Positions 56,813 through 64,000 of a stretch of DNA of 64,000 bases are shown here, in pieces. Numbering within the stretch: position 1 is the first letter of the stretch; every line of letters starts with the position of its first letter. The notes under the pieces were generated by a model. The model was not told the DNA's origin. It did not search any database and worked only from the letters and a program-made list of their open reading frames with translations. The DNA comes from a virus. The position numbers and the translations under genes were made by a program. Location of the stretch: positions 1 to 64,000 of the IMG/VR virus record IMGVR_UViG_3300034418_011250. One strand, 5' to 3'.

Positions 56813-57871
56813 TTATTGCATCTGAGTAGTTACACCATCAACATAATGATCCATTGAATCAATTTCTGATCTTCCTGATCCTGGAGGAACAATTCTTCCA
56901 TCCTGTCTCATATATCCTCTTGAAAAAGGAAATGAAGCATCATATTCTCCTGACACAAATTTAGCTTTCTCAACTTCTACAAAAGACTTGACACTTTCTG
57001 GAACATTTGGACCCCATGGGCTAAGATCAACACATCCCCTTTCCATACCCCAGAATGGTGTGTCTACTTCCCATGTTCCATCTTCAACTGTTTTCATCAC
57101 ATGCTTGTAATAGACATCCCAGTTGAACATTGGACCAGTTGCGTATCGATCAGGACCAAATGAATTCATTGGTGCATCATTACCCATTCCCCAAAGTGGA
57201 TTTTCAGGTGTTGACTTTTTCTGAGCTAGCATAACAACCGATGGTGAATCAGTAGTTGTGAAGAAAACATCTACTCCACTTGTATGAAGCGCATCTGCTG
57301 CAGCTGCATCTTTACTTGGATCAAACCATGAATTAATCCAAACAATTGAAACTTCAACATCTGGATTTACTGATTTTGCTCCAAGAGTTGCTGCATTGAT
57401 GTTTGAAATAATTTCTGGAATTGGATGTGAACCAACAAATCCAATCTTGTTTGTTTTTGTAAGCAATCCTGCAGCAACACCAGCTAGGTATCGTGCTTGG
57501 AATAATCTACAATTGTAGTTATTCATGTTTTCTGCAGTTTTGAATCCTGTAGCATGCATGAACTTGACATCTGGAAATTTCTTGGCGACATTAAGCATGG
57601 ATTCCATATATCCAAATGATGTGCCAAAAACTACATCATGCTTTCTTGCCAAATTTCGAAATACTCTTTCTGATTCTGTTTCTGCCACTGCTTCAACTAC
57701 ATCAAATTCATATCCTGATTCTTTCATCCCTTGATAATGCCTCATACTCCAACCACCATCACTTTTCGGACCAACTAAAACTAATCCTGCAGTCGGTTTC
57801 TCTGCAGCAAATACAATGGTTGTAAATGCTACAAACGTAATCATCATCAATACACTAAAGAATTTTTTCAT
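56813..57871 (-). CDS. BMP-family (purine/nucleoside) ABC substrate-binding protein
   Basis: Signal peptide, GPKSDGGW..H, FGTSFGYM, HATG, YLAGVAAG, WINSWFDP, TDSP. Confidence 0.9.
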   Translation of the reverse strand: MKKFFSVLMMITFVAFTTIVFAAEKPTAGLVLVGPKSDGGWSMRHYQGMKESGYEFDVVEAVAETESERVFRNLARKHDVVFGTSFGYMESMLNVAKKFPDVKFMHATGFKTAENMNNYNCRLFQARYLAGVAAGLLTKTNKIGFVGSHPIPEIISNINAATLGAKSVNPDVEVSIVWINSWFDPSKDAAAADALHTSGVDVFFTTTDSPSVVMLAQKKSTPENPLWGMGNDAPMNSFGPDRYATGPMFNWDVYYKHVMKTVEDGTWEVDTPFWGMERGCVDLSPWGPNVPESVKSFVEVEKAKFVSGEYDASFPFSRGYMRQDGRIVPPGSGRSEIDSMDHYVDGVTTQMQ

Positions 57872-57928
57872 TGTTCTCCTTTGAGATTAAGTTTAAAACA
57901 TAACAAAATCGGTGCGTACATGCACCAT

Positions 57929-57950
57929 ATTAATGCGAATTCGCATTAAT
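57929..57950. repeat. Perfect 22-bp palindrome upstream of BMP gene
   Basis: ATTAATGCGAATTCGCATTAAT. Confidence 0.9.
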
Positions 57951-57954
57951 TTCT

Positions 57955-58284
57955 TTATTGTCGATATCTCATTAATCTGGTGATTTTTCCATTATCATCA
58001 TAATTAATGACATAAACTTGATTATATCCTTTTTGATTATCCATCATTACAGTTAATTGAGCAAACACGACATTTCCATTTGTTGCCATATTATCAATAT
58101 GGTTCACAAGCATAACTGATGACGAAAAATAATTTGTGTAATGCTCATAAATCTTAGGTTTTGTTGTAATAATGTTATTCCAATCATAAAAAACACATAT
58201 GTCACTAAAGCATTCTAAAACACATGTGGAATCTTTTTTATTCAAACATTGAAAGAAAGTTGCAGCTTGTTTTATAAAATTCAT
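57955..58284 (-). CDS. NTF2/SnoaL-like protein
   Basis: FF..LN.KD...F.D....D; DDNGKIT at C-terminus. Confidence 0.65.
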   Translation of the reverse strand: MNFIKQAATFFQCLNKKDSTCVLECFSDICVFYDWNNIITTKPKIYEHYTNYFSSSVMLVNHIDNMATNGNVVFAQLTVMMDNQKGYNQVYVINYDDNGKITRLMRYRQ

Positions 58285-59255
58285 TATGCCTTGAATTGTT
58301 TTTCAAATTCACGAAGTCTTTTGTATACACTCATAAGTTCTACAATTTGCAACCAACTACGAATAATAAATTGCAAACTTTCTGCAACTTTACCGAATGC
58401 TCTTGTTGTTTGACTCACGATTCCTAATGTGATTCCACCAGCAATGATGCTTGGTCCAAGCGCAACATAAGGAACAATCACCATACCTTGCAAATAACTC
58501 CATTTTGCAATATTGAAATAAAAGTAATGCAAATAAGAATGAAAATGAATTGCTTTTACATTATCGAATAATTCTTCTACAGTTGACAACTTTGCTCTTG
58601 TTTTTTTATCTTCGCCATGAACCAATTCTTTTCTGTAAGCAGCTTCTTCTTTTTGAATATCGTATTCAATTCCTGGAAGTTTAGAACCAATTGCGCTTAA
58701 AACAGCTGTTCCACCCAATGCTGTAACAATCACAGCCCAAACAAGTCCATGATCTACTTGCCCAAAAATAGGAAATTCTGTAACTGCTTTACTCAGTCCA
58801 TATAGAATAGGAACAAATGCAATCAACATCAAAACTGATTCAAGTAATCCAACACCAAGATTCTCAGTTAATCTAGCAAATTTTAATGTGTCTTCTTGAA
58901 CACGTTGACTTGCACCTTCAATGTGTCTAACCTTTTGCCAGTTCTCATGATAATAATCTGCCATACTTTGTCGCCATCGAAATGTCCAATGATTAACTAA
59001 GAATCCATTGAAGATCACATTCACTATAATGTAAATACCTGCAATGCTGAAAAAATCAAACATGTATCCATAATATTCATCATAACTTACAGATCCAGGT
59101 TCAGACAATGCCTTCTGAAGTGCATCGTAAAATCTTCCAAACCATTCATTAATTTGAACATCTAATTGAACACTATACCAAATTGCTGCAATAATGGTTA
59201 ATGTTCCAAGTCTACTCCATAGTCTCCATCTTTTATCAGTAAAAAATCTAAACAT
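58284..59255 (-). CDS. SbmA/BacA-family peptide transporter
   Basis: VQINEWFGRFYD, FRWRQSM..YY, RHIEGASQRVQEDT, EAAYRKELV. Confidence 0.92.
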   Translation of the reverse strand: MFRFFTDKRWRLWSRLGTLTIIAAIWYSVQLDVQINEWFGRFYDALQKALSEPGSVSYDEYYGYMFDFFSIAGIYIIVNVIFNGFLVNHWTFRWRQSMADYYHENWQKVRHIEGASQRVQEDTLKFARLTENLGVGLLESVLMLIAFVPILYGLSKAVTEFPIFGQVDHGLVWAVIVTALGGTAVLSAIGSKLPGIEYDIQKEEAAYRKELVHGEDKKTRAKLSTVEELFDNVKAIHFHSYLHYFYFNIAKWSYLQGMVIVPYVALGPSIIAGGITLGIVSQTTRAFGKVAESLQFIIRSWLQIVELMSVYKRLREFEKQFKA

Positions 59256-59273
59256 ATATTCCTTTATAAATTA

Positions 59274-60335
59274 TTAAATTTCCAATTCACTTGCTTCTAA
59301 ATATAATGACTTCATCATTCCAGACAATCTTTGCTTGTCAAGAGATATTTCAAGTTCATCAATATAATTTTCTAATAACGAAACAGTATCTTCAGATTTC
59401 TCAACAATATCATCTGAAACATTATCAGCATCTAAATCTGAAAAATCCTCAATAATCTTTACTTCATGTGCTGTGCTTTTTAGAAGTTTATCAATGAACA
59501 AATCAAATCCATAAAGATCTGTTTTGTTTACAACTACAACCTTGGTGTATTTCTCATGTACAGTATTAAAATCAAAATTAGAATAATCATAATTTCTATC
59601 GTCATAATATAACTTGTAGAAGATGGTGTGAGGATTAACGATTCTTTCTAATTCACGAGTCTTGACATCAAACACATGAAATCCTCTTGGGCATTTATAA
59701 TCAGCCCATGTTATTTCATATGTATTTCCAAGATAATATATTTGTCCATCATCTGACTTCTTATGAAAATGACCAGAAAATACTAAATCAAATTTATTAA
59801 ACAAATCTTTATCATAACCTCCTTGAGCATAATTACCTGAATGCATTTCAAATCCATTGATTTCCAAATGCCCCATGGCAATCTGAGCTTTTGTTGCTTT
59901 AATCTTTTCCATGGTGTCAGCATAGTTTTCACTATTGATCCATGGAATCATTAAAATAGGAGTATGATTAAATTTAATCTCAGAGCATTCTTGATAAATG
60001 TGAACATTTGGAAATTTGCCTGTAATCAATTCTGTCAATGAATTTACTTCATTGGTGTTTCGATAAAATATATCATGATTACCCACCAACATATGAAGCT
60101 CTATCTTCATATCAAAGAAAGGTTGTAAAAATCTTTCACGAAAATCTTTGGCAATTCTATATGAAACAAATTTTCTTCGATCCATAACATCACCAAGATG
60201 AAGAACATGCTTTATATTGTTCTCTTTCAAATATGGAAAAAATGTTTCTTCCCAAAATTTGTAAAAGAAATCATTAAAAATGATACTGTCCGACCTAGCT
60301 CCGAAGTGACTGTCGGTAATTAATGCTACTTTCAT
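59274..60335 (-). CDS. Recombination endonuclease subunit gp47 (Mre11-like)
   Basis: DSHFG, LGD, GNHD, GHLE, SGHFH. Confidence 0.96.
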   Translation of the reverse strand: MKVALITDSHFGARSDSIIFNDFFYKFWEETFFPYLKENNIKHVLHLGDVMDRRKFVSYRIAKDFRERFLQPFFDMKIELHMLVGNHDIFYRNTNEVNSLTELITGKFPNVHIYQECSEIKFNHTPILMIPWINSENYADTMEKIKATKAQIAMGHLEINGFEMHSGNYAQGGYDKDLFNKFDLVFSGHFHKKSDDGQIYYLGNTYEITWADYKCPRGFHVFDVKTRELERIVNPHTIFYKLYYDDRNYDYSNFDFNTVHEKYTKVVVVNKTDLYGFDLFIDKLLKSTAHEVKIIEDFSDLDADNVSDDIVEKSEDTVSLLENYIDELEISLDKQRLSGMMKSLYLEASELEI

Positions 60336-60859
60336 GCTTTACAAAATTTCTCAAGTCCTTTTGGTTTGTCAACTTTTTTCTTTTTAGTTTTATAAACTTC
60401 TTCATCTGGCAGGTAATTCTTTTGAAGATAATCAGTATAATAATTGGTTAGATCTTCATTGTCTTCTATTCCAATAATGGATGGATCAAAATTAATGTTT
60501 TCAATTATTTTGTGTTTGATATGTTGTTGTTTCTTTTCCTTTTGAATTCTTCGCACAAAAGCATAGAATACTATTTGTGTGAAATAACCGAATGGATTGT
60601 TGTATTTTTCGTGATCAAAATTGTGGGCATATTGTATACAATTCTCGATTCCATCAAGAATCATTTCATCTTTGTAAGTATAGTTGATGAAGTTTGGGCG
60701 ATAAGAAAGGTGAGTTGCAATCTTTAAAAAACACTCTCCAAGATATTCTGGAATTGGTGGTGTTTCTTCTCCTAAATCCTCAGCTTCAATATAACTTTCC
60801 CTCCACTTTTTAATAGCTTCATAAAATTCATCATTATTGATGTAATGTTTTTTCTTCAT
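60332..60859 (-). CDS. Late sigma factor gp55
   Basis: HYINN, LSYRPNFINYTY, DGIENC, NPFGYFTQ, RRIQKEK. Confidence 0.96.
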   Translation of the reverse strand: MKKKHYINNDEFYEAIKKWRESYIEAEDLGEETPPIPEYLGECFLKIATHLSYRPNFINYTYKDEMILDGIENCIQYAHNFDHEKYNNPFGYFTQIVFYAFVRRIQKEKKQQHIKHKIIENINFDPSIIGIEDNEDLTNYYTDYLQKNYLPDEEVYKTKKKKVDKPKGLEKFCKA

Positions 60860-60883
60860 AATACTCCATGAAAAATAAAAACC

Positions 60884-60912
60884 ATTATACCTCAGAAAAA
60901 AATAATTGTCAA
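60884..60912 (-). promoter_or_regulatory. Consensus sigma70 promoter (gp55-gp47 operon)
   Basis: TTGACA-N17-TATAAT. Confidence 0.85.
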
Positions 60913-60926
60913 GCAAAAAAAATAAC

Positions 60927-60955
60927 TTGACATTTGCTCTCAGAAAATGTAGAGT
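60927..60955 (+). promoter_or_regulatory. Divergent sigma70-like promoter pointing antisense into uvsW
   Basis: TTGACA-N17-TAGAGT. Confidence 0.5.
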
Positions 60956-60973
60956 AGATGTGTTGGCTGGTGA

Positions 60974-62449
60974 TCAGGAGATTCGAATCCTATGAATCTC
61001 ATAATTAAACTGTTCGCTGTTATAAATATTGATTCTCTCTTGAAAATGATTTAAAGTGTAATTACTCTTCTTTCCAGATGAAAGATCATCCGCAATATCA
61101 AATAGTGTAGCATATGTTTTTTGTTCGTTCGTTCTTAATCCTCTTCCTATTGATTGTAATGTTCGAATTCTTGACTTACTTGGGCTCGCAAATATAATGT
61201 TATGTAGATTTTTAATGTTGATTCCTGTTGAGAAGGTTCCATAAGAAGCAACAATAATACAATCATTTTTTTCTTCAGATAGTTTTCTTATATCTTCTCT
61301 GACTTCAGTATCTGTAGCTCCATAAACATAATAAACTGGTCTTTCTGTTGATGATTTTATTTGATCATACAGAATAGCTCCATGTTTTTCTACATATTGA
61401 AATAAAAGTAATGTGTTGTTTTTTAATCTAAGTGCAAGATCGCAGATGAACTGATTTCTTTTTGAATGAGAAGTGATAAAATCCATTTCTTGAGGATATG
61501 ACATTTTCTTGACGAGTTTACATTCTTCATCACTATAGGTAAGAACTAATGCTTGGATGTTTAGCGTTGCAAGTGTCTTCTTTTCCATTAGTTCTTTGGT
61601 CGAGACTACTTTTTTTACTGGACCAAACAATCCTTCTAAAACAAGTCGATGTGTTTGCGTTCCATCAAGCGTACCAGTCAAACCAAATCTATATTTAGTC
61701 ATATGCAGCTTATGCATGATATTTGAAAGTGATTTTGCTTTAAATAAATGGCATTCATCACCAATCACTGCACCAAATGTTTCAAAATATTTTGTTGGAA
61801 ATTTATAAATAGATTGCCATGTAGAAATAACAACAGGATGTGTTACATTTCTATCATGTCCAGAATATATTTTTTGAATGTTTGATTCCTGCCAACCATA
61901 ATCAACAAAATCAGAAGCAAGTTGTTCAACAAGAGATGTGGTTGGAACAAGAATCAAAATATTCTGTTGATCTGTTTCTTCTAAAATGTTTAGATAGAAT
62001 CGAACCAAACAGTAGATAATAAGAGATTTGCCTGAAGCAGTAGGACTGATAAGTAATGTCCGATTGTTTCGAATTGCGTGTGCCAAGGCATCAATTTGAT
62101 AGTCACGTGGTTTGACATTTTTTCCAGCTGATTTTAGCTTGAGATATTTTGTGAATGATTCAACATCTTTTGTTGAAATAGAAACAGCATCATTTAACAA
62201 CTCCTCAGAAAGTGTATAATTTATTTCTTGTTGTTGCAGATACTCAGCAAGGTAAGAAAGTAGACCAATATATAATTCTCCTGTCATTACATTAAACAGT
62301 CGAATTTTTCCATCCCAAATTCTGTTCCTTACAGCAGGCATAAATTTTGCCCCTGGAACTTCAAATGTAAAATATGATGAAATTTGTCGTGCTTCGGATG
62401 GTTCGCAATCTATTTTAAGATAAACTTCATTTTTCTTTTTAATTTCCAT
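60974..62449 (-). CDS. uvsW: DNA helicase UvsW
   Basis: WDGKIRLF, SPTASGKS, DECH, GLTGT, QSIGRGLR. Confidence 0.96.
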   Translation of the reverse strand: MEIKKKNEVYLKIDCEPSEARQISSYFTFEVPGAKFMPAVRNRIWDGKIRLFNVMTGELYIGLLSYLAEYLQQQEINYTLSEELLNDAVSISTKDVESFTKYLKLKSAGKNVKPRDYQIDALAHAIRNNRTLLISPTASGKSLIIYCLVRFYLNILEETDQQNILILVPTTSLVEQLASDFVDYGWQESNIQKIYSGHDRNVTHPVVISTWQSIYKFPTKYFETFGAVIGDECHLFKAKSLSNIMHKLHMTKYRFGLTGTLDGTQTHRLVLEGLFGPVKKVVSTKELMEKKTLATLNIQALVLTYSDEECKLVKKMSYPQEMDFITSHSKRNQFICDLALRLKNNTLLLFQYVEKHGAILYDQIKSSTERPVYYVYGATDTEVREDIRKLSEEKNDCIIVASYGTFSTGINIKNLHNIIFASPSKSRIRTLQSIGRGLRTNEQKTYATLFDIADDLSSGKKSNYTLNHFQERINIYNSEQFNYEIHRIRIS

Positions 62450-62918
62450 CTTTGTCTGGCAGATAGTGTGGCACATCTAATTCATGAAATATTAAATCAG
62501 ACCCATCATTGTTATTTCTTTCTTTTTTCTTTTCTTCGCTTTGGTCTTCACCATCTTTAAACTCACCTTCGAATTCTGCACCTTCATTCATCTGCTGAGA
62601 CATGTTCTGTAACTTTTTATGCATGTCAGGGCTGTAAGGCAAAAAGATTGCTTTTGGTTGTTCTTCGTTTTCTAAAAGAATCCAGAAATATATCTTTTTT
62701 TGTTCCTCATTAACATCAAATGCAATTAATCTAAATTTAGTTTCATCAGTTTTCGGAACAGGATAGCCAAACAATTTATCAAGATAAAAGTATGATCCTG
62801 ATACAAAAAATAAAGAAAGAGGAATCACATAGATTAAATGTATGCTTTTTTTAAGTTCTATCAATAAATAAAGAAAAATACTGAGAAGAACTAATCCTGT
62901 TAAAATTATATATATCAT
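62439..62918 (-). CDS. Two-TM membrane protein (third gene of motor-like module)
   Basis: Two N-terminal TM helices, GYP, IYFW, acidic tail. Confidence 0.6.
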   Translation of the reverse strand: MIYIILTGLVLLSIFLYLLIELKKSIHLIYVIPLSLFFVSGSYFYLDKLFGYPVPKTDETKFRLIAFDVNEEQKKIYFWILLENEEQPKAIFLPYSPDMHKKLQNMSQQMNEGAEFEGEFKDGEDQSEEKKKERNNNDGSDLIFHELDVPHYLPDKDGN

Positions 62919-63544
62919 GGTCCTCTGTTTATTATTTCAGGATTTTCTGTTGAAATTATTCTTTGGCTTTTAACTATTTCACGCCTTAATTGATTTATAT
63001 TTTCAACAGTTCCATCTGATTTCATTGTAAATCTGACAAATGTTTCTTCTTGTCCTCTCCGCTCAAACCTTTTTGTTCCTTGATATATTTGCTTATATGG
63101 ATTAAGTTTGACAACCTCAACACTTACATGTGTTGTCAAATCGTCATCTGAATTCTGATAATAAAAAGCATTTACAATATATTCTCCAGGAACAATACCT
63201 CGAATATTTACAACTTCACGATTTATGTGGACAACTTTTCTTACATTATTCTCAAAATAAGAATCATTTCTATGTCCAAGATCATCACGATCTAGAAACA
63301 TATTTCCTTGTTCAAGAGAAGTAAATCCAACTTTACCAGTTGGACCTTCCATCCATAAATCTATGTCTTTATTATGATCCGCATCCCAATTCATAATAAC
63401 CATAAATTCTGCTTTTGTTTCTATTCCTTCTTTTTTTGTGGGTTCATTGATTAGAATAAAACTAACAATGAAAAGAAAAACAAATCCAAGAATCAGATTA
63501 AAAAGTAAATCAATAAATGCAAGATTACTATTATAAGATTTCAT
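62915..63544 (-). CDS. ExbD/MotB-like TM helix fused to YfaP-like periplasmic domain
   Basis: AFIDLLF (TM Asp), W...DIDLW..GP, LDRDDLG, NREVV..RG..PGEY. Confidence 0.6.
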   Translation of the reverse strand: MKSYNSNLAFIDLLFNLILGFVFLFIVSFILINEPTKKEGIETKAEFMVIMNWDADHNKDIDLWMEGPTGKVGFTSLEQGNMFLDRDDLGHRNDSYFENNVRKVVHINREVVNIRGIVPGEYIVNAFYYQNSDDDLTTHVSVEVVKLNPYKQIYQGTKRFERRGQEETFVRFTMKSDGTVENINQLRREIVKSQRIISTENPEIINRGP

Positions 63545-63968
63545 CTTTTGCTATGATTAGTTGCCACTTTATGAGAACACTAGACACTAGACCTACTAAT
63601 GTAGTTAAAAGTGCTGTTCCCATTCCTTGTGCCATCATCATCATACTCTGCTGAAGTTTTATTGTATCTGCTATATTTAATTCTGCAAATGCAGAATAAA
63701 GCATAAAGATAAATCCTACAACTGTTCCGATCATTCCAAGACTAATGACTGTCTCAGATGTAAACCATTCCATTTCAAAATCATAATTTTCTTTGTAATA
63801 CTTGTACCCAATGTTTAGTGTTGTAAAAGCAAAAATAGCAAGTATTACAAAACTTAGTCTTGTGAAATCATTATAGTATAAAAATTCTACAAATGAAAAA
63901 TACCAGCTTATTGAAGATGCTATGATTATTAGAACAAATAATAACCACCATTTTAAAAATATTGACAT
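63531..63968 (-). CDS. MotA/TolQ/ExbB proton-channel family protein
   Basis: SLGMIGTVVGF and GMGTALLTTLVGL helices. Confidence 0.85.
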   Translation of the reverse strand: MSIFLKWWLLFVLIIIASSISWYFSFVEFLYYNDFTRLSFVILAIFAFTTLNIGYKYYKENYDFEMEWFTSETVISLGMIGTVVGFIFMLYSAFAELNIADTIKLQQSMMMMAQGMGTALLTTLVGLVSSVLIKWQLIIAKDEIL

Positions 63969-64000
63969 GTTAATTTAATCCTTCACTAAATTTTTTCCAA

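Noticed and set aside
55690-59255. Host chromosome contamination
   Set aside because: Genes are tightly coupled between gp47 and gp46 and look as AT-rich as the flanks, though read-level confirmation was not possible
62439-63968. Zorya defence system
   Set aside because: The ExbB-like protein lacks the long ZorA tail, the partner lacks an OmpA-like domain, and no ZorC/D/E is seen

Overview
AT-rich 64 kb segment of a T4-like myophage genome, probably marine and probably infecting a proteobacterium (likely alpha; inference). It contains a baseplate/tail module (gp48, gp4, gp2, gp54, gp26/gp51, tape-measure-like protein) and the T4 replication/transcription core (gp32, gp59, gp33, RNase H, primase, gp41, UvsX, gp43, RegA, gp62/44/45, gp46/47, gp55, UvsW). 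It also carries lysis genes, a late block of probable internal head proteins and many auxiliary genes (thyX, nrdJ, phoH, mazG, hsp20, def, rpsU, BMP-family binding protein, SbmA/BacA). Signals not visible in the ORF track: a circularly permuted two-piece tmRNA (tag ANNSDYSSAQVALAA), a U_UUU_UUC slippery site that could fuse gp26 to gp51, a ROSE-like thermometer before hsp20, a vestigial nrdJ N-terminus left upstream of a GIY-YIG endonuclease, and an antisense promoter facing uvsW. Two gene clusters stand out: a five-gene TET/JBP-kinase-aGPT-GATase-GNAT base-hypermodification cluster and a MotA/ExbB + ExbD-like three-gene membrane module. All calls come from motif recognition by eye; no database searches were run.
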